A program made the position numbers and the translations under genes. Source: Megasphaera elsdenii DSM 20460 (GTDB lineage Bacteria; Bacillota; Negativicutes; Veillonellales; Megasphaeraceae). From it: 32,000 nt of DNA. Below the pieces are notes generated by a model. The model ran no database searches and was not told where the DNA came from. It saw only the letters and a program-made list of their open reading frames with translations. This document shows, one piece after another, positions 1-7,870 of the stretch. Location of the stretch: assembly GCF_003010495.1 (NCBI RefSeq), contig NZ_CP027570.1, positions 1,740,001 through 1,772,000 on the forward strand, given 5' to 3'. The first letter of the stretch is position 1, and each line of letters starts with the position of its first letter.

Positions 1-90
1 ATCGTGCCCTTCATCATCGGACTCATCGGCGGTTCCCTCATCGGCCACTTCGTCTCCAGCAAAGAACCGGTAGAAGCCGAAGCGAAATAA
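1..90 (+). CDS. 3' end of an upstream CDS with a hydrophobic C-terminus (IVPFIIGLIGGSLIGHFVSSKEPVEAEAK*); product unknown
   Basis: Frame is open from the window edge to TAA at 88-90. A repeat and a terminator follow. Confidence 0.4.
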   Translation: MVPFIIGLIGGSLIGHFVSSKEPVEAEAK

Positions 91-118
91 CACTAACCAC
101 TAACCACTATCCACTAAA
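91..118 (-). repeat. Heptad array copy (minus-strand reading TAGTGGA TAGTGGT TAGTGGT TAGTG)
   Basis: Plus strand reads CACTAAC CACTAAC CACTATC CACTAAA, exact 7-nt phasing, between the stop at 88-90 and the terminator at 121. Confidence 0.8.
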
Positions 119-120
119 AA

Positions 121-149
121 TAGACTGCCTTTTGGGCAGTCTATTTTTC
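121..149 (+). terminator. Rho-independent terminator
   Basis: TAGACTGCC-TTTTG-GGCAGTCTA, a perfect 9-bp stem, then TTTTT. Confidence 0.8.
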
Positions 150-153
150 TGAC

Positions 154-182
154 TTGCATAATCGAGGACTTCTCTCTATAAT
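154..182 (+). promoter_or_regulatory. Sigma-70-type promoter for the aldehyde dehydrogenase gene
   Basis: TTGCAT (154-159), 17-nt spacer, TATAAT (177-182). Confidence 0.55.
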
Positions 183-216
183 TAAAGAATAATCTCGAGT
201 AAAAGGGGGTAGTTTC

Positions 217-1629
217 ATGGATTTGAAGAAATTATACATCAATGGTCAGTGGGTGGCACCTTTATCCGGCCAATATATCGAGGTCGAGAATCCGGCGGAT
301 AAGAGCGTCTTTGCTACGGTCGCTGCGGCCGGTGCCGATGATGTTGCTGCGGCTGCCAAGGCCGCGGCCATGGCTTTCTCGGCCTGGTCGGCTATGCCGC
401 TGGAAGACCGCATCACGTATATGAAAAATTTGCTGGTCCAGATGATTAAACTGGAACCGCAGCTCGTCGACGCTGTCGTCAAGGAATTAGGGGCACCGGT
501 GGCCTTTGCCCGGACTAACCATATCGGCTACCAGTTCGTGCGGACCCAGTCGTATATCGACTTGGCACCAGAATTGCCACTGGTCGAACATTTATCTCAA
601 TCCGTCGTCTATCGTCGGCCTTTAGGCGTTATCGGCTGCATCACCCCTTGGAATTATCCTTTAGGCCAGATTATCCAGAAAGTCGTCCCAGCTCTGCTCG
701 TCGGAGCGACGGTCGTCCTCAAGCCGAGCCAGCACACGCCGGTGACGGCGTACTATCTGGCCGAAGCCTTTGACCGGGCCGGTTTCCCAAAAGGTGTCTT
801 CAACCTCGTCGCCGGCCGGGGCAGCCAGGTCGGCAATGCCATCTGTGATGACCCGAATATCGCCATGGTTTCTTTTACCGGCTCGACGGCAGCTGGCATC
901 AAGGTCTCCCAACGCGCCTTGGGCTCTATGAAGCGCATCAGCATGGAATTGGGTGGCAAGTCGCCTTTCATCCTCTTGAAAGGGGCGGACTATGAAAAAG
1001 CCATCCGCCAGTGCTTCAATTCTATTTTCCTCAATAGCGGCCAGACCTGTACAGCCTTGTCACGTCTAATCATCCCTCGGGAAGAAAAGGGCAAGATTGA
1101 ACAGCTCATGCTGAAGATACTGCCGGAATACACGGTCGGCGACCCGTCCCTGGAAACGACGAAAATCGGCCCTGTCGTTTCGTATGACCAGTGGCAGACC
1201 GTCGATACATACATCGCCAAAGGCATGGAAGAAGGGGCAACCCTCTTGGCCGGCAGCCGTCCGGAAGCTCCGGAAAAAGGCTACTATGTCAAGCCTGTCA
1301 TCTTTACGGATGTGACCAACGATATGACCATTGCCCGTGAAGAGATTTTCGGGCCTGTCCTCTGCGTCATTACCTATGATACGGTTGAGGAAGCCCTGGC
1401 CATTGCCAACGATACGCCGTATGGCCTCAATGCGGCCGTCTGGGGCCCGGATAAAGCCGAAGCTTCCAAAGTGGCAGCGGCTATCCTGTCGGGCAATGTC
1501 TACGTCAACGACAGCCCGCGTGACGTCACAGCGCCTTTCGGCGGTTTCAAGGACAGCGGAATCGGCCGTGAAGGCGGCAAGGATGGGATGCTGGAATTTA
1601 CAGAACCTCAGGCCATTTTTAATGCATAA
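217..1629 (+). CDS. NAD(P)-dependent aldehyde dehydrogenase
   Basis: 470 aa. ALDH catalytic motifs MELGGKSP (Glu) and NSGQTCTA (Cys), plus FTGSTAAG. GGGGG RBS upstream. Confidence 0.9.
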   Translation: MDLKKLYINGQWVAPLSGQYIEVENPADKSVFATVAAAGADDVAAAAKAAAMAFSAWSAMPLEDRITYMKNLLVQMIKLEPQLVDAVVKELGAPVAFARTNHIGYQFVRTQSYIDLAPELPLVEHLSQSVVYRRPLGVIGCITPWNYPLGQIIQKVVPALLVGATVVLKPSQHTPVTAYYLAEAFDRAGFPKGVFNLVAGRGSQVGNAICDDPNIAMVSFTGSTAAGIKVSQRALGSMKRISMELGGKSPFILLKGADYEKAIRQCFNSIFLNSGQTCTALSRLIIPREEKGKIEQLMLKILPEYTVGDPSLETTKIGPVVSYDQWQTVDTYIAKGMEEGATLLAGSRPEAPEKGYYVKPVIFTDVTNDMTIAREEIFGPVLCVITYDTVEEALAIANDTPYGLNAAVWGPDKAEASKVAAAILSGNVYVNDSPRDVTAPFGGFKDSGIGREGGKDGMLEFTEPQAIFNA

Positions 1630-1655
1630 TCAGTTACAGGAGGAGTTTTAGCGTT

Positions 1656-2909
1656 ATGAATTTTGATGAAGAAGCCATGAAAATCCGCCGCGGCAAACAC
1701 GGCATTATTGAAACAATCCCCCGGGAAGTCCTCAAGACCCACGACGACCTGAGTATCCTTTATACGCCGGGCGTTGCCCAGCCGTGCCGGGAAATCACGA
1801 AAGATCCGGACCTGTCTTTTGACCTGACCTGCCGCGGCAACATGATTGCTGTCGTATCCGATGGGACCCGTGTCCTCGGCCTGGGCGACATCGGGCCGGA
1901 AGCGGCCATGCCGGTCATGGAAGGGAAATCGGTCCTGTTCAAGGTCTTTGGCGGTGTCAATGCTGTCCCTATCTGCCTGGATACGAAGGACCCGAAGAAA
2001 TTTATCGAAACGGTGAAACGCCTGCAGCCGTCTTTTGCCGGCATCAACCTGGAAGACATTGCTTCGCCGAAGTGCTATGAAATTGAACAGACCTTGAAGA
2101 AGGAAATGGACATCCCCGTCTTCCATGACGACCAGCACGGTACGGCCATTGCCGCCCTGGCCGGCGTCATCGGTGCTTTCCGCTATGTCCATAAGGACTT
2201 GAAGACGGCCCGCATCGTCATCAACGGCGCCGGTGCAGCCGGTGCCTCCATCGGCCGCCTCCTGGTCCGCGCCGGTGCCCGGAACGTCACTATGGTCGAC
2301 CGTCCGGGGATTCTCTATGATGGCATGGAAGGCCTCAATCCTGTCCAGGCTGAACTGGCTTCCCTGACCAATCCGTCCCATGCCCATGGGACCCTGGCCG
2401 ATGCCGTCAAAGGCGCCGACCTCCTCCTCGGCGTATCGGCCCCGCATATCTTTACTAAGGAAATCATCCAGTCCATGGCTGACGATGCCGTCGTCTTCGC
2501 CATGGCCAACCCCATTCCGGAAACAGACTATGCTTCCGCTAAGGCAGCCGGTGCCAAAGTCGTCGGCACCGGCCGGTCGGATGCACCGAACCAGATCAAC
2601 AACGTCATGGTCTTCCCGGGCATTTTCCGCGGCGCCCTGGCCGTCCGGGCCCGCAGCATCAACGAAGACATGAAACTGGCTGCGTCCTATGCCATCGCCT
2701 CTCTGGTCAGTGATGACGAACTGGCCGAAGACCATGTCATTCCCGACGCCTTCGATAAACGCGTCGCTCCGGCCGTCGCCGCCGCTGTCGCCAAAGCTGC
2801 CATGGACAGCGGCGTCGCCCGCATCACCCGCGACCCGGAAGACATCCGCCAGGAAGCAGCAGAAACTATCGACAAACTCCACGCCATGCTCGACTTGATC
2901 CATGGATAA
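1656..2909 (+). CDS. NAD(P)-dependent malic enzyme (short, malate-decarboxylating form)
   Basis: 417 aa. Motifs YTPGVA, VSDGTRVLGLGDIG, FHDDQHGTAI and the INGAGAAG Rossmann fold. AGGAGG RBS at 1638-1643. Confidence 0.9.
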   Translation: MNFDEEAMKIRRGKHGIIETIPREVLKTHDDLSILYTPGVAQPCREITKDPDLSFDLTCRGNMIAVVSDGTRVLGLGDIGPEAAMPVMEGKSVLFKVFGGVNAVPICLDTKDPKKFIETVKRLQPSFAGINLEDIASPKCYEIEQTLKKEMDIPVFHDDQHGTAIAALAGVIGAFRYVHKDLKTARIVINGAGAAGASIGRLLVRAGARNVTMVDRPGILYDGMEGLNPVQAELASLTNPSHAHGTLADAVKGADLLLGVSAPHIFTKEIIQSMADDAVVFAMANPIPETDYASAKAAGAKVVGTGRSDAPNQINNVMVFPGIFRGALAVRARSINEDMKLAASYAIASLVSDDELAEDHVIPDAFDKRVAPAVAAAVAKAAMDSGVARITRDPEDIRQEAAETIDKLHAMLDLIHG

Positions 2910-2913
2910 GGAA

Positions 2914-2971
2914 TAGTGGCTAGTGGTTAGTGGCTCGTTGTTAGAGAGTGGCTGAAATCTTAAATCTTGAA
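2914..2971 (+). repeat. Heptad array plus core motif copy
   Basis: TAGTGGC TAGTGGT TAGTGGC TCGTTGT TAGAGAG TGGCTGA, then AAATCTTAAATCTTGAA. Lies between the stop at 2907-2909 and the terminator. Confidence 0.8.
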
Positions 2972-3007
2972 GGGACTTACTACATGTTGGTGTGGTAGGT
3001 CCTTTTT
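2972..3007 (+). terminator. Rho-independent terminator of the malic enzyme gene
   Basis: GGGACTTACTAC / GTGGTAGGTCC stem with two G-U pairs, so it folds only on the + RNA. Followed by TTTTT. Confidence 0.7.
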
Positions 3008-3070
3008 ATATGGGTATAAAACATATTGTAAGTTGTAAAATATTGTAAATTATAATATGAAAAATTTTTC

Positions 3071-3100
3071 TTGATTCGTCAAGCAGATATACTCTATAAT
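3071..3100 (+). promoter_or_regulatory. Sigma-70-type promoter for the glycerophosphodiesterase/symporter pair
   Basis: TTGATT (3071-3076), 18-nt spacer, TATAAT (3095-3100). Palindrome CTTGA-TTCG-TCAAG overlaps the -35. Confidence 0.5.
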
Positions 3101-3131
3101 GGACACAGAATCATTACTAGGAGGTTTTTTT

Positions 3132-3854
3132 ATGAAGAATTTTGCACATCGCGGATTTAGCGGCAAATATCCGGAAAATACGATGCTCGCTTTCCGCAAG
3201 GCATTAGAATGTGGTGCCGATGGAATTGAAATGGATGTACAGCTGACGAAAGATGGTGAGCTCGTGGTCATCCATGATGAACGGGTCGACAGGACGACGA
3301 ATGGCACGGGCAATGTCCGCGATTATACGCTGGAAGAATTGCAGAAACTCGATGCTTCGTATATCTATTCAGAAGAAGTAGGCTTTCAGACCATTCCGAC
3401 TTTTGACGAATATTGCCGATGGGTAGCTGGGACGCCCTTGGTGACGAACATTGAATTGAAGACAGGTGTCTATCCTTATCCAGGGATTGAAGCTAAAGTA
3501 TGGCCTGTGTTGCAACGCTATCATTTAGAAGATAAAGTCATCATTTCGAGTTTCAATCATGAAAGTGTTCTGCGTATGAAAGCCTTGGCACCTGATTTAA
3601 AATATGGCTTGTTGACGGAAACGTGGCTCATCAATCCTGGGGCCTATACAGAAGGTGTTGGAGTTCAATGTTATCATCCGTATTATGGCAGTTTGACAGC
3701 AGAAACGGTGGCCGAAGTCAAGGCACATCATATTGAAATCAATACGTTTACTGTCAATGACGAAGAAAGTGTAAGGCAGCTGCGTGATTATGGTGTCGAT
3801 TGCGTCATTGGCAATTTCCCGGATATGGTGAAGCGCGTCTTGGAAGGAGTATGA
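3132..3854 (+). CDS. Glycerophosphodiester phosphodiesterase (GlpQ/UgpQ family)
   Basis: Motifs AHRGFSGKYPENT and IEMDVQLTKDGELVVIHD. I prefer ATG 3132 (AGGAGG at 3119-3124) over the track start at 3099. Confidence 0.85.
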   Translation: MKNFAHRGFSGKYPENTMLAFRKALECGADGIEMDVQLTKDGELVVIHDERVDRTTNGTGNVRDYTLEELQKLDASYIYSEEVGFQTIPTFDEYCRWVAGTPLVTNIELKTGVYPYPGIEAKVWPVLQRYHLEDKVIISSFNHESVLRMKALAPDLKYGLLTETWLINPGAYTEGVGVQCYHPYYGSLTAETVAEVKAHHIEINTFTVNDEESVRQLRDYGVDCVIGNFPDMVKRVLEGV

Positions 3855-3855
3855 C

Positions 3856-5214
3856 ATGGAAAATTTAGAGGCGATTGTACAATTGATTGACTCCTGGCTA
3901 TGGGGAAGATGGCTGGTTTTTGTTTTGCTGGCCTTAGGGGTTTTATATACTGTTTCTAACGGATTTATCCAGATTCGCCATTTTGGTTTCATTATTCGCC
4001 GGACCCTCATCGATTCTTATAAGTCCCGTCATGAAGATAAAGGGAATGGATCTATTTCCACTTTCAAAGCGATGATGGTCACACTGGCGGGCAATGTTGG
4101 CGGCGGCAACGTTGTCGGGGTCGCCACGGCTATTTTGTCTGGTGGCATGGGAGCCGTTTTCTGGATGTGGGTAGCTGCCTTTTTCGGCATGGCCTTGAAA
4201 TATGGTGAAATCGTCTTGTCCCAGATGTATCGCGGCAAAGATGAAAACGGTAACCTTCTCAGCGGTCCTATGTACTATATCCGCGATGGCCTTAAAATGC
4301 CCTGGCTCGGCGTCGTCATTGCCGTGCTGATGTGTACGAAAATGATGGGGGCTAACTTGGTACAGTCCAATACGATTTCAGGCATCCTTTATTCGAATTA
4401 CGGCGTCCCGACGTACATGACCGGTGTCGTCCTCATCATCCTGCTTTTATGCATCACTCTGGGCGGCTTGAAACGTCTGGCTAATCTGGCCATGAACCTC
4501 GTTCCGGCTATGTCCATCTTTTATATCGTCATCGGTGTATTAGTTGTCCTGCTGAATATTCAACAGCTGCCGCATGTATTTGTTGAAATCTTTACTCAGG
4601 CCTGGTCTTTTGATTCTGTAGCTGGCGGTACTGGCGGCTATGTTATTGCTAAAGCCATGCAGTACGGGATTGCCCGCGGCATGTACTCCAATGAAGCTGG
4701 GGAAGGGACCGCTCCGTTTGCTCATGGCTGCTCGATTGTACCGCATCCCGTCGATGAAGGAATTACGGGGGTTGCTGAAGTCTTTCTTGATACCATTGTC
4801 ATTTGCAGCATTACGGCTTTTGTAGTCGGCGTCACTGATATGCAGCATTCCGGCAATTCGGCAACAGTATTGGCTCTCAACGCTTTTGGAACCGTCTGGG
4901 AACCGTTGAAACACGCAGGCACATTGGCTCTGCTCATCTTCTGCTTTACGACCTTGATGGGGCAGTGGTGGAACGCCGCCAAGAGCTTTACGTATGCCTT
5001 CGGCAATAAAGTAACGAATGTCGTCAAATACATTTTTCCTTTCTTGTGTCTCGTCGGCTCCTTAGGAAAAATCAATCTCGTCTGGGGCATCCAGGACGTA
5101 GCGATGGGCTTAGTCGTCATCCCTAACATGATTGCCCTGCTCATTCTCTTCCCGCAGGTACGGGCTAAGACAAAGGAATATTTCAGTGATCCGAAATACT
5201 ACGACCATAAATAG
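3856..5214 (+). CDS. Alanine/glycine:cation symporter (AGCS family)
   Basis: 452 aa polytopic membrane protein. N-terminal region and GGMGAVFWMW are typical of sodium:alanine symporters. Starts 1 nt after the upstream stop. Confidence 0.85.
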   Translation: MENLEAIVQLIDSWLWGRWLVFVLLALGVLYTVSNGFIQIRHFGFIIRRTLIDSYKSRHEDKGNGSISTFKAMMVTLAGNVGGGNVVGVATAILSGGMGAVFWMWVAAFFGMALKYGEIVLSQMYRGKDENGNLLSGPMYYIRDGLKMPWLGVVIAVLMCTKMMGANLVQSNTISGILYSNYGVPTYMTGVVLIILLLCITLGGLKRLANLAMNLVPAMSIFYIVIGVLVVLLNIQQLPHVFVEIFTQAWSFDSVAGGTGGYVIAKAMQYGIARGMYSNEAGEGTAPFAHGCSIVPHPVDEGITGVAEVFLDTIVICSITAFVVGVTDMQHSGNSATVLALNAFGTVWEPLKHAGTLALLIFCFTTLMGQWWNAAKSFTYAFGNKVTNVVKYIFPFLCLVGSLGKINLVWGIQDVAMGLVVIPNMIALLILFPQVRAKTKEYFSDPKYYDHK

Positions 5215-5270
5215 CGGATATCACAGGCAGTTTTGTCTATCCCATCGTAATTTGTAAGGTAGCGTTGAAG

Positions 5271-5292
5271 TTAAATTTAAAGCCATCCGCTA
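5271..5292 (-). repeat. Core-motif copy of the 3'-UTR element (minus-strand reading GCGGATGGCTTTAAATTTAA)
   Basis: Near-identical to the core at 22231-22251 (GCGATGGCTTTAAATTTCAAA). Confidence 0.65.
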
Positions 5293-5310
5293 ACCAATTA
5301 AAAAAGTTTT

Positions 5311-5390
5311 TGTTCGTAGTTTATCGTTCATCGCGATGGATGGATATTTTTAATCCCATACGACAAACGATGAACGACCTACGATCAACG
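5311..5390. repeat. Palindromic heptad element (two convergent arms around the core CGCGATGGATGGATATTTTTAAT)
   Basis: The right arm on the minus strand reads CGTTGAT CGTAGGT CGTTCAT CGTTTGT CGTATGG, exact 7-nt phase. The left arm GTTCGTAGTTTATCGTTCATCG is its imperfect complement. Confidence 0.75.
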
Positions 5391-5396
5391 TAAAAA

Positions 5397-5426
5397 GAGG
5401 CTGTCTTTTGCGGCAGTCTCTTTTTT
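5397..5426 (+). terminator. Rho-independent terminator of the symporter gene
   Basis: GAGGCTGTC-TTTTGC-GGCAGTCTC, 9 bp including 2 G-U pairs, so + strand only. Followed by TTTTTT. Confidence 0.75.
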
Positions 5427-5441
5427 ACATCTTACGCTGTC

Positions 5442-5482
5442 TTGACAGTAGTATTGTCAAATCTTTACCGATACGGTATAAT
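5442..5482 (+). promoter_or_regulatory. nadABC promoter with an overlapping palindromic operator candidate
   Basis: -35 TTGTCA (5454-5459), 17-nt spacer, -10 TATAAT (5477-5482). Palindrome TTGACA-N7-TGTCAA (5442-5460) covers the -35. Confidence 0.6.
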
Positions 5483-5489
5483 AGGGTAA

Positions 5490-5605
5490 ACAAAAAACGG
5501 GTTGTCCTGTCCCGGGGTGAGCCGTTATGTACTTTGAACAAGAGAGGTTGTCACATAAAGAGTCGTCTTTGTGGGGCAACCTTTTCCCTGAAAGGATGAA
5601 GTTTT
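5490..5605 (+). promoter_or_regulatory. Structured nadA 5' leader with a terminator-like hairpin (candidate attenuator or riboswitch; class unknown)
   Basis: Stem AACGG...CCGTT (5496-5526). Long imperfect hairpin 5545-5582 followed by TTTT. GGTTGTC occurs twice (5500-5506 and 5546-5552), and both copies can pair with GGCAACC at 5575-5581. Confidence 0.45.
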
Positions 5606-6511
5606 GTGTATATCGAAGATGAGATTGCAGCGCTGAAGAAAGAGAAGCAGGCGATTATCCTTGCTCATTATTATGTTCCTGATGAAGTGCAGGAATATGC
5701 CGATTTTGTCGGCGATTCTTTTGGTCTGGCCAAGAAGGCGATTGAAACGGATGCCAAGATCATTGTCTTTGCCGGTGTCGATTTCATGGGCGAAAGTGCC
5801 AAGATGCTGAACCCTGAGAAGAAAGTTATCATGCCGGATGCGACGGCCAGCTGCCCCATGGCCCATATGGCTGATGTGGAGACGATTGAAAAGGTCCGTT
5901 CCCAGTATGATGACCTGGCCGTCGTTTGCTATGTCAACTCTACGGCAGCTGTCAAGGCCGTATCCGATGTATGTGTTACTTCGTCTAATGCCGTCAAGAT
6001 CGTCAGGAAGCTGCCGAATAAGCATATTTTCTTTACGCCCGACAAGAATCTGGGTCACTACGTTTCGACACAGGTCCCGGATAAGCATTTTATCCTCAAC
6101 AACGGTTTCTGCCCGCGCCACGATACGGTCGATCCGGCTTATGTGAAGAAGGTCCAGGCTGCTCATCCCCAGGCCCTGTTCCTGGCCCATCCGGAATGTC
6201 GTAAAGAAGTGCTGGCCCTGGCCGATTATGTCGGCAGTACGTCGGGAATCATCGATTATGCCGGGAAGTCCGACGCCAAGGAATTTATCATCGGTACGGA
6301 AGGCGGCGTCTTTTATGAATTAGAGACGCGCAATCCCGATAAGACTTTTTATCCGGCTATGGAAGATGCGTACTGCATCAATATGAAAAAGGTCACCTTA
6401 GAAAAAGTCCGCGACTGCCTGCGCGATGAAACGAATGAAGTCCACGTCGATCCGGCCGTCGCTAGTAAAGCCGTCCGTTCATTGGAACGGATGCTGGAAT
6501 TAGCCAAATAG
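5606..6511 (+). CDS. nadA: Quinolinate synthase
   Basis: 301 aa, GTG start, RBS AAAGGA at 5591-5596. Motifs ASCPMAHMA and HPECR. First gene of nadA-nadB-nadC. Confidence 0.92.
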   Translation: MYIEDEIAALKKEKQAIILAHYYVPDEVQEYADFVGDSFGLAKKAIETDAKIIVFAGVDFMGESAKMLNPEKKVIMPDATASCPMAHMADVETIEKVRSQYDDLAVVCYVNSTAAVKAVSDVCVTSSNAVKIVRKLPNKHIFFTPDKNLGHYVSTQVPDKHFILNNGFCPRHDTVDPAYVKKVQAAHPQALFLAHPECRKEVLALADYVGSTSGIIDYAGKSDAKEFIIGTEGGVFYELETRNPDKTFYPAMEDAYCINMKKVTLEKVRDCLRDETNEVHVDPAVASKAVRSLERMLELAK

Positions 6512-6526
6512 AAGAAGGTATATGTC

Positions 6527-7870
6527 ATGGAAACAGAAAAAACAGATATTGTCATCGTCGGTACCGGTGCCAGCGGCCTCTTTGCCGCCCTGCACCTGCC
6601 GCAGGATAAACAAATCCTCATGATCACCAAAGATGAAGTGGAAAATAGCGATTCTTTTTTAGCCCAAGGGGGCATCTGCGTCCTTCACGATAAGGACGAC
6701 TACGACAGCTTCATGGAAGATACGCTCAAAGCCGGTCATTATGAAAACCGCCGCGAATCGGTGGATATCATGATTCGCTCGTCGCGGCCGGTCATCGACG
6801 AACTCATCGGCTACGGCGTCGATTTTGCCCGCAAGGCCGACGGTTCGCTCGACTACACGCGGGAAGGCTGCCATTCGCGGGCCCGCATCTTGTTCCATGA
6901 AGATATTACGGGCAAGGAAATCACCAGCCATCTCTTAGCCGCTGTCCGTCAATTGCCCAATGTGACCATTCGCGATTTCACGACTATGGTTGACATCGTC
7001 ACCGACGGAAACCGTTGCCTGGGCATCATCGCCCGCGATAGCCAAGGCCAGTACCGGGCCATCCAGGCCGATGAAACGATCCTGGCCAGCGGCGGTGTCG
7101 GCGGCTTGTACGACCATTCGACGAATTTCCCCCATCTTACAGGCGATGCCCTGGCTATTGCCATGCGCCACGGCGTCGAACTGGAACACATCGACTACGT
7201 CCAGATCCATCCGACGTCGCTTTATTCTAAGAAACCTGGCCGGAGCTTCCTCATTTCCGAATCGGTCCGCGGCGAAGGAGCCAAACTGCGCGGTAAAGAT
7301 GGACAGCGTTTTGCCAATGAAGTCCTGCCCCGCGATTTGATGACGGCAGAAATCCGCAAACAGATGAAGAAAGATGACCGTCCTTTTGTCTGGCTCGATA
7401 TGACCGTTCTCGGCGAAGACGTCATTAAGCATCATTTCCCACATATCTATGAACGCTGCCTGGAAGACGGCATCGATGCGACCAAAGACTGGGTCCCGGT
7501 CACGCCGGCCCAGCACTACTTCATGGGCGGCATCCACGTCGATAAGTACAGCCAGACGACGATGGACCACCTCTATGCCGTCGGCGAAACGAGCTGCAAC
7601 GGCGTCCACGGCCGTAACCGCCTGGCCAGCAATTCCCTCTTGGAAAGCTTGGTCTTCGGCAAGCGCGCAGCCCAGCATATCGCCGAAATGGATAAGCAGC
7701 CTAAGCAGATTGTCAGTGAATCCGATTTCACCCAAGCTTGTGCATCGTCAGAAGCCTTTATCCGCAGCCATGAAGATACACTGGCTGAAGAATACCGCCA
7801 CCAGGTCTTAGATGAAATGGAAAGGGAGCGTGAATGTGATGAACAGCGTAACCATGAAATTGCAGGCTGA
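6527..7870 (+). CDS. nadB: L-aspartate oxidase
   Basis: 447 aa. FAD-binding IVIVGTGASGLFAAL, plus HYFMGGI and RNRLASNSLLE. Confidence 0.92.
   Translation: METEKTDIVIVGTGASGLFAALHLPQDKQILMITKDEVENSDSFLAQGGICVLHDKDDYDSFMEDTLKAGHYENRRESVDIMIRSSRPVIDELIGYGVDFARKADGSLDYTREGCHSRARILFHEDITGKEITSHLLAAVRQLPNVTIRDFTTMVDIVTDGNRCLGIIARDSQGQYRAIQADETILASGGVGGLYDHSTNFPHLTGDALAIAMRHGVELEHIDYVQIHPTSLYSKKPGRSFLISESVRGEGAKLRGKDGQRFANEVLPRDLMTAEIRKQMKKDDRPFVWLDMTVLGEDVIKHHFPHIYERCLEDGIDATKDWVPVTPAQHYFMGGIHVDKYSQTTMDHLYAVGETSCNGVHGRNRLASNSLLESLVFGKRAAQHIAEMDKQPKQIVSESDFTQACASSEAFIRSHEDTLAEEYRHQVLDEMERERECDEQRNHEIAG

Noticed and set aside
1608-2903. Long antisense ORFs opposite real genes. Examples: 1608-2903, 6935-7735, 15197-16033, 19034-21055 (673 aa), 23386-24549, 25605-28010 (801 aa) and 28216-29238.
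   Set aside because: Each mirrors a confidently identified sense gene. The translations are low-complexity (rich in D, G, A, R and V) with no motifs. This is the usual by-product of GC3-biased coding on the other strand.
2914-2955. Heptad arrays as CRISPR arrays or as coding heptad repeats.
   Set aside because: The 7-nt period has no spacers, so it is not CRISPR. The arrays contain stops in every frame, so they are not coding.
3099-3131. N-terminal extensions offered by the ORF track: glpQ-like 3099, mutY 10579, rubredoxin 22011, sufC 24880, sufS 28174, nadC 7812, maturase 23074 and lgt 30884.
   Set aside because: In each case a downstream start has a properly spaced Shine-Dalgarno sequence. 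The extension overlaps a promoter, a leader or the upstream gene.
5490-5605. Identifying the nadA leader as the known class-I NAD+ (nadA motif) riboswitch.
   Set aside because: Two GGTTGTC...GGGG segments look tandem, but I cannot match them to the published consensus from memory, and that class is described mainly outside Firmicutes. I kept it only as an unclassified structured leader.
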